A DNA stretch of 48,078 bases from Nemertoderma westbladi (GCA_032718475.1 JAUCBJ010001358.1:1-48078), one strand, 5' to 3'. Counted from the first letter of the stretch, positions 22,060 to 36,049 are shown. Numbers and translations are program-made. The notes: generated from the letters alone by a model not told the origin.

Positions 22060-23704
22060 AGGGTACTAGCGTTGTAAATTGTAGCAGGGAAAATGTTCTT
22101 GATGGGGGTGTTTAGAGCTTTTGCTCGAAAATCGTTCGACCCATGGCGCCCCCTTTCTGTTAGTTTTCAATAGAGGAGGGGATCGATGCCGGTGGCCCAT
22201 CTCGTGAATTTATGAGACTCGCTCATAAAGCCACTCAATCTACCTATATTCGCTGGTGGTGATGATTCAAAATACCTTGTTCTAGAATACAAACTGAGTA
22301 GTCTTATTGTTCTAATATTTATATTTATTGTTATAAACTTTATTAAACTTTACTTACATTGTTTTATGTCTTTCTTATTCCTTGTTTAATAAATATTATT
22401 TATTTATTATAATATTATTAAAAATAATATATATTATAATATTTATTACCTCAGATCAAGGACAGCAGAAATGCGCTAGAATTCGAAACGGCAGTGAACG
22501 TCGTTGAAGACTTGATCAACCTCGCAGGGTGTACCATGATGTCCATACGTTTCTCTCCCGAGTCTAGAATTGCCCTCATCAGTGCTGTTACGAGATTCCT
22601 TGTTATTGACAAAATTCGATTAGCTATTGATCAGTCAGTAGCTTCGTACAAAACCTGCCACATATACTATTATTATTACTACAAAATTGTAATCCCGATC
22701 CCGAAAAACGGGATCCCGAGAGTGGCAATTCCGGTCCCGATCCCGGAAATGATCATTTAAGCCTTGGTATAATGATTAACGAATTCTTATATCACGAACT
22801 CAATAAAAAATTATTAAATACATATTTTATAGATTCACACATGGATTCGACAATGATTTGCTGCTAGAAATGAAACGGTACCCAAATTCTTTTAAAGAAT
22901 CTTTCTTGCACACCAAGATCGAACTAACAGCTAGCTGCCGTGTTTGAGAATATTTTTTATTTCAAGCTTTTGGAAGGAAACAATCTGATAGGACAAAGTA
23001 GAACACTCGCTTACTGGAGAGACTTATTGCAGGATCTAGAAGTTAACTATATATTTTATATTTAAAATACATTATAAAAATATAATAACGTCGTAAAAAT
23101 AATAATGTTGTTCTACATTATCAGTGCTTATTTATCAGGCAATAAATACAGTCTCATTATCCTTCTATCTCATTCTGAATATCACCGTGTTGGAAGGGTA
23201 GGTGTTGAATCCACTTGCCCCCCCCCCCCCCCCCCCCTTATGTTTTAAAGTGTAAATAAAGTTCATAATTAATAAAATAATGTTGATATTTATGAGTCAA
23301 ACATATTTTATAAATGTAATTGAGAAGAAAGAACTTCTGTTTAAATAATTTATCATGAATAATTCTGATTATATTCAAAATAAAATTATTATTCAAATTT
23401 AATTTTAGAGGGCATACCCCATCCAGTTGATAGTGAAACTATCTTGAGTCTCTCAGATTTACTGGTATTCGCCACTGGCTGCAGTTTGGTACCACCATTG
23501 GGATTTGATACACCACAAACCCTTCACTTTATACACCCAGGCAGTGCCGAATCCATATTCAAGGAGGGGCTTCCAACGGCGAATACTTGTGGATTGGTGC
23601 TTGGCATCCCAGTACTAGATGATTACGATATGTTTCGAGAGCTAATGATCAACACTATAGCTAATGTTACAACATTTGTTAATGAAGTAATCCCAAACCA
23701 ATAA
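22060..23704 (+). pseudogene. Degenerate G2E3-like HECT E3 ubiquitin ligase gene (multi-exon)
   Basis: Fragments SRENVLDGG, GIDAGGPSREFMRL (22180-22220), exon IKDS...IRLAIDQ (22456-22633), FTHG...YPNSFKESF...LTA, AYWRDLLQDLE (about 23010-23041), LSDLLVFATGCSLVPPLGF...LPTANTC; stops/frameshifts in first and third pieces. Confidence 0.75.
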
Positions 23705-24240
23705 GCTACATAATTAGAAGGGTAGTAACAGGGGATGTGATATTGGTTATAGCGTGAGTGATGGTGTGACATGGTTACAAAGCCATTGAGAAAGGTGTGA
23801 ACGCATACCGGGGTCCAAATCGAGTGTTAAACATTATGTATTGGCAGTCCGAACAATGATGCAATAAAGTACTGTAGGAATATAATACAGTAGGAACAAT
23901 GCATCTGGTTATTTTTTACGGTAAAAAGGGCCTATTATTACATAGAGTGAAATACCAGGGGTCACTCACGGCTGATGAATGATAACTAACAATTTGTGAA
24001 TAACAGGTGAAGATGATACCTAGATTATTAGAGAATAGTCAGATGTTGGTAGTGATTATTGTCAATATTGCGGTGTATATAAATAATATTGTGTTTTTGG
24101 TCAAGTACATCATTTCTTAGATGCATTTCTACATTAAATGTCACTTTTCTCATATATCAATTCATTAGTACTTTAGTATTATATTATGTGTTATTGGTAT
24201 TACGCTTCTTTGCACCGTACATGCAATAGCTCCCGGGTAA

Positions 24241-24704
24241 GTAGTTCCAGTACTCCTCTATGGGAGTCCGTGCTGGGCTCTAACTGCTGAGGATACCAAA
24301 TCTCTGGATGGCACATTCACAAGAATGCTGCGCCGGGTTCATTGTGTCAAGTACAATGCACACATCTCCAACCAGACACTATATAACATTGGAGGTGTCT
24401 CATTGGTTCCCCCAAGCTTGACACTAGAACAAAATCGCCTCAGCTTTGCAGGACGTTGCTTTCGCCGTAAGGACCAGCCAGTGCATAATCTTGTACTTTG
24501 GCAGCCTCATGGAGTGAATAAGCATGGTGGACAGCCCATGACTTTCTTCAGACGCATCTTAAAGGACACTGGCCTTGAAGATGCAGATGATCTAGCAAAT
24601 GTCATGGGTGATAGGGAGTTGTGGCGGCGCAATTTTGTCGACAAGCATTCTTAAAAATGCAGCTGCAATGCAGCATGCCGATCCTAGTAGTAGTAGTAGT
24701 AGTA
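24241..24704 (+). mobile_element. 5'-truncated RTE-clade LINE (family 2)
   Basis: VLLYGSPCW...RLSFAGRCFR...LVLWQP...DRELWR, short 3' UTR, (TAG)n tail; near-identical to 35586-36049. Confidence 0.93.
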
Positions 24705-24856
24705 ACCTTTACTGAAGGAGTTCCCTTACAACATTCAATACATATTGAAATTTAAACTGTATAAGTGTATACCCTGCTTCTAAACAAAAACTAGTTGTAA
24801 TATACTCTTTAATACTGGTACCACTGGAGGTACCAACTAGCAATCAGTAATTAAGT

Positions 24857-24905
24857 GGATCTCATTTCCACTTCTGAGTTCGCTCGACCTAGTAGCAGTA
24901 GTAGT
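24857..24905 (+). mobile_element. Ultra-short 3'-end copy of RTE family 1
   Basis: ggatctcatttccact..gagttcgctcgacctagtagcagtagtagta matches the family 1 terminus and tail. Confidence 0.75.
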
Positions 24906-25718
24906 ACTAAGCCCAGAATATATGACATTTTTGTCGCCGCAAAAGGGGTAGAACTGGGGCAAAAATTATAAATATTTAAAAAATATGGTTCCGTTTCAGT
25001 GTCACAGACCACCAGCATGCTGCTAATCTCCGACACTTTGTTAGGTTCACATGATTTTATATTCCAACCCCCCAACAAACTTACCATCCGATAAAAGGGC
25101 GCATTCAAGGCGCAGCGTACTTCGTGGCTCGCCCCACTCACTGATAAAGCACATCATTTAATCATTAACTTTTTAATATTCGAAAGACTCATTATTGTAA
25201 AACTAATTTATATACCACTGCAACAATTTCATACATTTTTAATTATTTTATTCGATTATGGACATCACACACTCGGCACATTTCACAGCTATTTGTATTT
25301 CTTACGCATAGGAAGAGTTTTAAACTACTGTGTTTTTAAGTTTATTTCCCAATTGAAACATATTTCATGCAGAAAATATCTTGACTGGCATCTAAATCTC
25401 GCAAACCCGACCAGAGACGAAGATACCGACTATCAGAATGCAATCTACACCAGATTTTTTACCAGACCTTTTTTTTATATTGAAAGATACACCCCCGTTC
25501 AGGGTAAATAAGCACAATAAGACAGTATAATAATTGTATAATAAGCACATCAACCAATTAAGGCTATTAGTGACCGCACAATTAACTGCACAAGTAACTA
25601 TAAGGAAATAATAAACACAAAGGAAATCTACTAATATAAAAAATAAATGTTTGGTTTGAAAAATAAACTGACGAAAGCACATACTGTATAATTCCCACAA
25701 AAATAATTGATATGAATA

Positions 25719-25950
25719 TTATATGGAACGACATTGCATAATGTTCTCCCTAACGCGAAAAGCCTCGTTAAGGTAACGACCTAACTTTAGTAGTTTTTCC
25801 CTGGTAGTTGCCCCCATTAGCTCATGGTATTTCAATATAGTAGGATTCACATTGTAGCGCCCAGAGAAGTGCTTCATGCGCAGATCTCGATAACCATCAC
25901 ACACCAACAAAAAATGATATTCATCCTCTATATCATTTTTATTACAAAAA
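25719..25950 (-). mobile_element. LINE 3'-end relic (RTEX-like CCHC region)
   Basis: FCNKNDIEDEYHFLLVCDGYRDLR motif followed by stop. Confidence 0.75.
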
Positions 25951-26109
25951 ATATTTTTTTTAAGAAAAAATAATTAATTAATAATAATTAATTTTTATAA
26001 GAAAAAATAAAGATTAAACCGTCTATATTATTATTGTCTAGCACTATCACCATATACTGTAGTGTAGTAGTTAAAAACAAAGACTAGTTAGGGGCATTTT
26101 GGCGGCTGG

Positions 26110-26650
26110 CTATAGTTGGGCGAGTGTACCAAGTGGGGGACAAGATGGGCAAACGAGTACATAATATCGGTCCTTGGATGAGTGGTTGCAGTAGTGACAG
26201 CGACACGAATCGGATAGGTCGTGGAATGGATGACTGTCAGTGCAGAGAAGGTGGTGAAATCCATGAGCTGTAGCGTGAGTTAGGACATGCCTGTTGCGTT
26301 GACCAGGTCGGCGCCATGACGAGTTGTTGAACGCCGGCCCATGTGTGTATCCTTCTGTAACGAAATTCTGCCCACATACCATCCGGAATTTATTATAATG
26401 ACGGTTTTGAACATCTTGTCTGAAAACTGTAGCTGGTGAGTCCCTGAGAATGTCTTGGACGAGTGTATTCTGATTTAACAGATTAAGAACCATTGTAGAT
26501 GAGGCTGATTTATGTAAGCTGAGCATCCGTTTGCAGTAGGTCGAGTTGACCCTTTCGATATCTTTCAAGTTGGCTAGAGTTAGGAACGCGGAAATTTCTG
26601 TATAATACAATGGGGGCAATTTTTGCTTTGAATATTTGAAGGCCGGTATC
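26110..26650 (-). mobile_element. LINE ORF2 C-terminal relic
   Basis: LKDIERVNSTYCKRMLSL post-RT motif and terminal C-x-C-xx-C...Y/H...C finger. Confidence 0.6.
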
Positions 26651-27595
26651 AATAGAGGAAGATTATGTGCCCCTATGTGGCGCTGTACGTTTTTTTCTTT
26701 TTCTTGATTATATGACGAGTGAAGCAAAGATATGGTTGCATTGTAACACCAAGATATTCATACTTGTTTGTGATAGGGAAAGTGTCACCTACGAAAGTGA
26801 ATTGATCAGTGTTAGATAGACGACCTGCTTTTCTGAATTTTATATTTTTTGTCTTAGTGAGGTTAACTAAAATTCCGTTTTCTAGAGACCAGCCATGTAA
26901 TATATTTAATGCATTTTGACATCAGTATTTGTTACTTGAGTAGAAGACCAAATGTATGTTAACTTTTTAAACAGTTAACAGTTAGTTTGTTAACAGTTAA
27001 CTTAACTGTATTTATAAACACACAGCCCAATGACTTGCCTTTCTATGTTATGGATCACACTATTTCTCTAAAGTGCCGCAACCATTATGTGCCAAACACC
27101 ATCGGAAACGTATGACTTGATCGTCGTTACCTGTTATATTCCATTCCGGTATCTGTGAAATGCCACCATTACCTTTATTTCTTTTATTTCTATAACAGGT
27201 TATAATATCTTAAACTAGGTTAATATGATTCATTCATATAGTTAACTAAGCTTTATTTTGTTGGCATTCATTCTTAAGTAAATCTTAGGTATGTACAGAC
27301 CACACCCTAATTTATATTATTATTAATTAGTCAGCATTTTCCCAATTGCAGGTGACATTTAATGTTTGCTAGAAATTTGGACGTGATTTAATACATATTT
27401 AATTTAATTAATTAACTGTACCCATTTAAGGGTCTACTTAAAATTGCACAACTCCTGTATAATAGTCGGTAAATTAGAATTATTAAATACATTTTACCGG
27501 AATATATTATTACAGAACAGAGAGCAAATATAAAGAAATAACCATTTGGTTAATAACCATTGGTATACAAGTTGTAAAAATAAAATTAGGAAGCA

Positions 27596-30500
27596 ATGAA
27601 TGCAATTGTAAACTTCGTTCTTATGTTACCCTTCATCCATGTTGTCTACAGTCTCGGCGGTGAACATGAAATCGCCTTAGCAATGCCACCACATGTGGTG
27701 ATAGTCACCATGTCAACAAGTGGTAAGATTGAGACGAGGGACACATCCCAATCCACCAAACCTTATGGGGTGGATTACGATAAACAGAAGTCGTTGTTTG
27801 TAGGCGACTACAACGGTGAAATATACAAGTTTAGTGTTGATGCTGATTCTATCAGCGACTATGAAGTTGTCCTCTCTACTGAGACTGGCAGTAAAATTGA
27901 AGCATTGCAAATAGCGGATGGGAAAATATATTGGGTAGAAAGAGGAAGTGCTACCATAAATAAGGCCAATATGAATGGTACAAACCATGAAATATTGTAT
28001 AGAGGCACACCAGAACAGAAGTTACGTGGACTTGCGATTGCCCCTGTCAGCGGGTTTCTATATTGGACAGATTGGGGGAACACTGGCGGAGTTCAGAGGT
28101 GCAACATAGATGGTGGCGAATTGCAAGATATTGTTAGTGAAGGTTTAATATGGCCGAATGGAATAGCTGTGGATGAGGATACCCAAACATTTTATGTTAC
28201 GGATGGAAAACAAAAAAAAATCATCAGGTATAACTTGTCCGGGGAAGTTGTTAGTGTGTTTCTAGACACTGATGATACAGCTAATGCTACAACTAACGGG
28301 TTGTTTGGCATTACCATTATAAACGATTATCTATATTGGTCAAACTATGTGAAATATGTAAATCCCTTTACAATCTACACAACTGCCATTTACAGAGCCA
28401 ACAAGTACACTGGGGAGGATGTCACCCAGTTATGGATCAGCTCTGCAAGGATTTACCACGGTTACCAGATAGCTGGAAGGTTGAACACAGGTTAGGAAAC
28501 ACACTTATAATTTTTTTTATATACGGTAAATATGATACTAAAGGCTTAGTTGCACTCTATTATATCAACATACAGTAATCAGACAGTCTGATGAATATAA
28601 ATTCTATAATGGACATATTTGTTGTTGAGGTTTTAGCCAGTAAGTCGTTTGTGGTCATTTGGTGATATCTAATTGATTGATCATGATTATGATCGAAACA
28701 AACAGATAAATTAGGCGAAACATGATTCAGTAATCGGTCGAATAGTGAAACAATATAAAAATATAAATATAACTATAAAAGAAAAAAGAAAAAGAAAAGG
28801 AGATTTGGTTTGTGAAAACAACTAAACATTAAAATCACTAACTTGATAACAAATCCAAAATGTATATATATCGAACAAAGCCAAAAATATACTACAAATT
28901 CAGCCACTAATATACTACAAATTCAGCCACTAATATACTACAAATTCAGCCACTAATATACTACAAATTCAGCCACTAATATACTACAAATTCAGCCACT
29001 AATATACTACAAATTCAGCCACTAATATACTACAAATTCAGCCACTAATATACTACAAATTCAGCCACTAATATACTACAAATTCAGCCACTAATATACT
29101 ACAAATTCAGCCACTAATATACTACAAATTCAGCCACTAATATACTACAAATTCAGCCACTAATATACTACAAATTCAGCCACTAATATACTACAAATTC
29201 AGCCACTAATATACTACAAATTCAGCCACTAATATACTACAAATTCAGCCACTAATATACTACAAATTCAGCCACTAATATACTACAAATTCAGCCACTA
29301 ATATACTACATTTAGACACAAATAAACTACATATTCTGAGCCACTAGTGTACTACATTCCGCATTTACAACATACCAGAGAAATTACATTTCGAGATATA
29401 AGCTTCAGGGAACATTAATCTATAAAAATGTATTTTATTTATATCAGATTTTATATATAATTTTCAATGTATCTTTTCCAGTTTAGTCTATTGTCGACTC
29501 ACATGCGTAAGGATTAAATTTTTTCCATATTTTTTTCATTATTTGTTTTTTTCGTACAAGTGGTATTGTAAAGGAAATATTATAATAATATTTAAAAAAA
29601 AACTCACAAATATTAGAAGACAAGCCATTGACAATGAGAAAGGAGCATGAATATCAATAATTTCGTAAAAAAATTATATCAATTTAATATTTAACTTCTA
29701 CTCATCCGAAGCAAGTCCCCAATATTATTGATTATATATTTATATAATTATTTAAAGGATATTCTACACCATCCACAGTATCAGAGACCAGGACACCATA
29801 TAAAGGATATTCTACACCATCCACTGTATCAGAAACCAGGACATCATTTAAAGGTTATTCTACACCATCCACAATATCAGAGACCAGGACACCGTTTAAA
29901 GGATATTCTACACCATCCACAATATCAGAGACCAGGACACCGTTTAAAGGATATTCAACACCATCCACAGTATCAGAAACCAGGACACCGTTTAAAGGTT
30001 ATTCTACACCATCCACAGTATCAGAGACCAGGACACCGTTTAAAGGATATTCTACACCATCCACAATATCAGAGACCAGGACACCGTTTAAAGGATATTC
30101 AACACCATCCACAGTATCAGAAACCAGGACACCGTTTAAAGGTTATTCTACACCATCCACTGTATCAGAAACCAGGACATCATTTAAAGGTTATTCTACA
30201 CCATCCACAATATCAGAGACCAGGACACCGTTTAAAGGATATTCTACACCATCCACAATATCAGAGACCAGGACACCATTTAAAGGATATTCTACACCAT
30301 CCACTGTATCAGAGACCAGGACACCATTTAAAGGTTATTCTACACCATCCACTGTATCAGAGACCAGGACACCATTTAAAGGTTATTCTACACCATCCAC
30401 TGTATCAGAAACCAGGACACCATTTAAAGGATATTCTACACCATCCACAGTATCAGAGACCAGGACACCATTTAAAGGATATTCTACACCATCCAAAGTA

Positions 30501-31976
30501 TCAGAGACCAGGACACCATTTAAAGGATATTCAACACCATCCACTGTATCAGAGACCAGGACACCATTTAAAGGTTATTCTACACCATCCACTGTATCAG
30601 AAACCAGGACATCATTTAAAGGTTATTCTACACCATCCACAGTATCAGAGACCAGGACACCGTTTAAGGGATATTCAACACCATTCACAGTATCAGAGAC
30701 CAGGACACCATTTAAAGGTTATTCTACACCATCCACAGTATCAGAGACCAGGACACCGTTTAAAGGATATTCAACACCATTCACAGTATCAGAGACCAGG
30801 ACACCATTTAAAGGATATTCAACACCATTCACAGTATCAGAGACCAGGACACCATTTAAAGGTTATTCTACACCTGGTACTGGAATATATACCGAACCAA
30901 CGACCAGTTACAGTAGCCAGTGTAATGTGTGTCTCGATGACAGTTCAGGAAGTGGAAACTGCCTCCCTAGCAATCCATTATATTGGACTGGATTGCACGA
31001 CATTGTGAATGGTTGCGAATCTTGTACTATGGAAACAGTGGCAAAGTTTGGAGATGACGGGTGAGTAGAATACCGGTAATGTAATGCAGCCCAATAGAGA
31101 GGACCCACTAGCTGAATAGCTAAATAAATGAAATATTTTAAGAGCTGCAGCTACAAAACGCTAAATAGATGCACCCATCATGGAACTGTATCTATTTTTT
31201 CGTTTAATGTATTTTTATTAGTCTAACTTTTTTTGGGTTTGATTATCATTAGGTCTGCGACAAAGCAAAGAAATAACAGACCGAACTGAACCTAAAATGT
31301 ACTATAGGTTGTATAGATACTTCAGTCAAATACAGTATTAACATGTGAAAAAATGTTGCCAACTTGAGAAAAAATGTTGCCATCATGTGAAAAAAGTTGC
31401 TTGGCCCAATTATTTAGATTTGGAAGAGGCGATACAAACCAAAAAACTAAGCAGTACGGAATTCAGGTAACCAAAGGCATCTGTTGTATTGAAATTGAAA
31501 TGAAATGCAGATGTAATTCATCCAAGTCAATTCTCAATCTTCATTGAGATATGGACTTCCTCATCTCCCAAAGAGGAAGTTGTATGTAAAAAGGTTCATG
31601 ACAAAGAGATAATAAGAAAAGTAATAGTAATGAGAAAAATACCCTTTTTTTAAGAGAATTTAAATTTGTTAAAATTGTTTGTAAATTTTACAGGGTTGCT
31701 TATCAAGTATATCGAGGATGTGGGTCGAATAGCTGCCCACCAATTCCAGCGCTTTTTGAAAATCCCCGAGAAGCTCAACGGATGAAAAAAGATTGTACAG
31801 TTCGGCATAATGAAGTGAGATGTCTTTACTGTTGTCAAGGAAACTGGTGCACAGACAGTGTGAATGTAATGCAAGATATCAGCAAAGCGATTACAGCAGG
31901 AGCGAAAGGTTCTGCAGAAATAACGACTTTCATGATTGTGTCAGGAGTTCTACTGATATATTTCCTCTACCATTGA
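27596..31976 (+). CDS. Three-exon gene (27596-28490, 29758-31060, 31694-31976; about 826 aa): signal peptide, YWTD beta-propeller, mucin-like stalk, Ly6/uPAR-like Cys domain, GPI-type hydrophobic tail
   Basis: Exon 1: hydrophobic N-terminus, IYWVE, LYWTDWG, WPNGIAVD, FYVTD, LYWSN. Phases match (G|GA; GG|G), joined length 2481 nt is a multiple of 3 with no stops. C-terminus QCNVC...C...CESC...RGC...C...C...CLYCCQGNWC then AGAKGSA + hydrophobic end. Confidence 0.85.
28886..29310. repeat. 23-bp intronic minisatellite (aatatactacaaattcagccact) x about 18.5
   Basis: Perfect head-to-tail copies, no spacers. Confidence 0.97.
29757..30874 (+). repeat. 48-bp coding tandem repeat x23 (GYSTPSTVSETRTPFK)
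   Basis: Period 48; most variants are third-position synonymous in this frame (gga/ggt, aca/act, cca/ccg, gag/gaa, tct/tca). Confidence 0.95.
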
Positions 31977-33892
31977 CTGCGTTGACAAACATGTAACACA
32001 AATTGTATAAAGTGGCCAAATTCATGATTTAATCCCAATTAATTTATATTAATTAACTAATTATATGTTGGATATCTAAGATATAGTCGTAAAGTATTTT
32101 CAACGTAAAAACGTATTTTTTTTTTCAACGTAAAACCCGTATTTTTTGTACATTAATTTTAGTATCTGTAATCGTTCTAACGAATATTTAAATTATTCTG
32201 GTGATGATAAAGAGCTAGTCTGACACCCATTAGGTTTGTTTCAATTATTACATTAATTAACAATAATTAATAAATTCAAAATTATTTTGTATTTAATACT
32301 TACGATCTGTAGTTTGAACTGATAATGTTTACATTCCACATTGATTCACCAATATTTTAATATCCAGCCACTCTAACTTGTCATTGTCACTTTCACAGTA
32401 TTGGTAATTATTTTTTAGAAGAATTGAAATTATCCACTGGAAAAAAGATCCCTGGTTTACCATTTGCCTACGATTTTAGAACCAGAAGGGCACTATTTAA
32501 TTAAAACAATGCCAACATCCATTTTGTCACTTTAACTTAACACGATTTCCTTATGCTTATATTATACTTTATGATCTTGCCTTATTTTTGTTTAACGCTT
32601 GTTTATAAAAAATATTAATGGTTAATGTATCGTGTATTAGTATATTAAAAGTGTTGCCTGTGGGTCGGTGCCAGCTTTTTATATTTTAATTTGTGCTACA
32701 GTACAGGCATTATCTATTACATACAGTATTACTATTTACATGACCTATCTCATTGTATTGTATACTAGGTGGTGGTGGCATTATTTCTCTGTCAAATTTC
32801 AACAATAGCACACTTGGTGCTTGTCGCTAATGATGATTAAACAATATATGTTTTTTACATTCTTAATTTTAGGCAAACCAGGTCCTTTTTTTTGGAGGTC
32901 TTCAGCAAATCTCAGAATCCAATACAATTATATCTTCTATGTGATTACGACTGAACCCCATGATGGTCGATGGTGTTTGGCGGATCCGTGTTTACAGACA
33001 TTGTGACATTTTTATTTCAATTACAATTCAAAAAAGTTAATAATAAACCCAGACGATCATCAACCAAGTTGAGGTCCTGTAGTTACATTTTTGGTTTACC
33101 TCTGGCTGGTTGTATTTTAACCCTATTATGTTTGGCAATAAACATTTGCAGGACATCGGTAAGGAGCAAGGGAGGACAGCCCTCTGACTAATCGGTGTGC
33201 CTACTGCATACCAAACTGTTTTAGAAATGCGATATTTTTATCTACAGTGCTGCTCAATTGTTCGTTCATACCATAAATTTTTGGAAATTTGGAATTTAGT
33301 AATTTAAAAGTAATTTAAATTTCCTACCAATTTTTATATGAATTAAGCTTTCAAATGATATACAATAAAGTAATGCTAAAGGCATCTGAATAAAATAATA
33401 AAATAGTAATAAATATATAATAAGTAATAATAATAAAAATAAAGACAATTCCCATTTTGAGAAAGATATCGAATACCCGCAATATTTACTTGATGGATAC
33501 CATAAGGCGAGACGAGCAATTTCATGAAAAGGTAAGAACATCACTATGATGCAAGGACTTTTAAAAATTGTACAAATATCATTGCTAATAGATTTTCTTT
33601 TTTGATGATAATAATTCTATGAAAACTGAAGATATATAAGTTCCAAGGTGTTTCCAACCAATATTTAAATTAAAGGAACGAAGCAGGTTACACTGGCATC
33701 TCATTCTAACCAAAACAGCAAATGGAAGTCAATAGCACAGCTTTAATTTTAATATTTGTTTGTAATTAATGATATATCATTTGTGCAGATTTTACCCTCG
33801 GCAGTGTTGAACATATTTTATCAAGAATTCCCAAATTCCGGGATCTGCTCTGATAATAGCCTTTCTATAGGAACCTTGTCAGAGAACCGTTA

Positions 33893-34020
33893 TAATTATA
33901 CTACGGCCGTTTTCCAAAAGGTTTTCCAAAATGTGTAAGTTGGTGGGTGGGGGTAGTGTTGATGTGTCCTTGTGTGTGTCGGAAGCATATCAGAACATAT
34001 AACTAGCCGTAGTATAATTA
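33893..34020. mobile_element. Small MITE-like element with 15-bp perfect inverted repeats
   Basis: taattatactacggc ... gccgtagtataatta. Confidence 0.55.
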
Positions 34021-34641
34021 AAATTGTTTGCTAAGATGGATTGTAGTTCTGTTGTATGAAGGCCCCACTCAAATTTCTACTGAGCATAATTCGGTTGAAT
34101 AACTTGCACAATTGATGTCATTTTTAATTTTATAGTATCGCTTTTCATTATGAGTGGTGTATGTATATTTTGTATCTTTTGTACTTTTTGAGGTTCATTG
34201 GATATTTAAGAAAAATATTAATAATTTAGTTCCTTCCTATAATTACAGATGAATTATATTATAAATAAAAAAAAACATGATAATAAAGAATAGTAAATAG
34301 AACCAAAAGAGAGAAAATTAGTATAAAGTTAAACTCCTCAGAAATTAAATGAAATATAGACTACAGTGATATAGAACTACAATAATATAGACTATAATGA
34401 GACTACATGAATAATTAAATTAATTTGGATTGAGCTGATAATGGAACTGCAATAAATAATATATTAGGATTTTGTGCAGAAGTTGAAAAATGTGGAAGGA
34501 CGTCTTTGTGGCTTGTACTAAAGCTATATAGTTTCGGTATTGAATATCATTTAATTTATTACAGTTAGTTGTATTATTAGCACAATCATCATTTGGTCAT
34601 TATCGCCTGGCAGCTATATTTGAGAAATGAAAACAAATAAG

Positions 34642-36049
34642 TTGGTGCTAGTTCCCAAGAAGGGCAACCTAACACTCTATGGTTCTTTTCGGGGAATCTC
34701 ATTGATCTCGATTGCTGCAAAGCTATACAATAGAATTCTATTAAATCGCATCAGGGATCCCATTGAGAGACTGCTCCGTGGAAATCAGAATGGGTTCCGT
34801 AAAGGTCGTGGGACCATGGAGCCCATTTTGGCACTTAGAAGGATAATTGAAGAGTTATCAAAAAAGAAAGACAGGCATCTGGCTGTTATCTTTGTTGACT
34901 TCTTCAAGGCCTTTGATTCAGTCTCTCGCTCACGTATGTTCAGCATACTTTCATTATATGGGATTCCTGATGAAATTATTGCAGCAATCAGATCAGTATA
35001 CTATGGTTCGACAACATTTGTGTCTACTGTTGACGGTGACACAGAACCATTTGAAGTGTTATGGGGCGTCCTCCAGGGAGACACACTTGCACCATTCTTG
35101 TTCATAATTGTTGTTGACTATGTTCTACGCATGTCCTTAGATCATCATAATGGTGATGGGGTGACGATTACTCCACCACTGGCTCCAGAAGTCGAGGAAA
35201 TCCTGCCAAGTACCTAACTGATCTAGACTTTGCTGATGACTTAGGAGTACTCTCAGAATCACTAGAGGGAGCCCAACGGCTCCTCAGCTCATTAGAACAT
35301 GCTGCTTCTAGTGTTGGTCTTTTTATTAACTCCAGAAAGACCAAAATTTTGACAGTTAACTTTGAAAGTCCTCAGCAAGTCTCTGATCGGATGAGCATAA
35401 GCTCAAAAGATGGTATGCTTGAGCATGTGGATGACTTCTGTTACCTGGGATCATGGGTCCGGAAGTCAGGTGAAGACCTTCGAATACGTAAGGGAAAGGC
35501 ATGGGCAGCCTTGAATAGGCTTTCCAGGATTTGGAAGTCACCGAGAATTAATCAGAAACTTAAGGTCCGGTTATTTAGAGCAGCAGTAGTTCCAGTACTC
35601 CTCTATGGGAGTCCATGCTGGGATCTAACTGCTGAGGACACCAAATCTCTGGACGGCACATTCACAAGAATGCTACGCCGGGTTCATTGTGTCAAGTTCA
35701 ATGCACACATCTCCAACCAGACACTATATAACATTGGAGGTGTCTCATTGGTTCCCCCAAGCTTGACACTAGAACAAAATCGCCTCCGCTTTGCAGGACA
35801 TTGCTTTCGCCGTGAGGACCAGCCAGTGCATAATCTTGTACTTTGGCAGCCTCATGGAGTGAATAAGCATGGTGGACAGCCCATGACTTTCTTGAGACGC
35901 ATCTTAAAGGACACTGGCCTTGAAGATGCGGATGATCTAGCAAATGTCATGGGTGATAGGGAGTTGTGGCGGTGCAATTTTATCGATAAGCCGGCACAGC
36001 ATTCTTAAAAATGCAGCTGCAATGCAGCATGCCGATCCTAGTAGTAGTA
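34642..36049 (+). mobile_element. 5'-truncated RTE-clade LINE (family 2), frameshifted RT
   Basis: VPKKGNL...FRGISL, QNGFRKGR, FVDFFKAFDS, GVLQGDTLAP, DFADDL, YLGS; frameshift near 35170; (TAG)n tail. Confidence 0.95.

Noticed and set aside
28886-29310. CRISPR-like periodicity (also 19376-19666)
   Set aside because: Head-to-tail units without unique spacers, eukaryotic context, no cas genes.
29728-31008. 426-aa His-rich ORF (HHPQYQRPGHHLK repeats)
   Set aside because: Wrong frame: repeat variants are synonymous and splice phases fit only in the GYSTPSTVSETRTPFK frame, which runs into the Cys domain.
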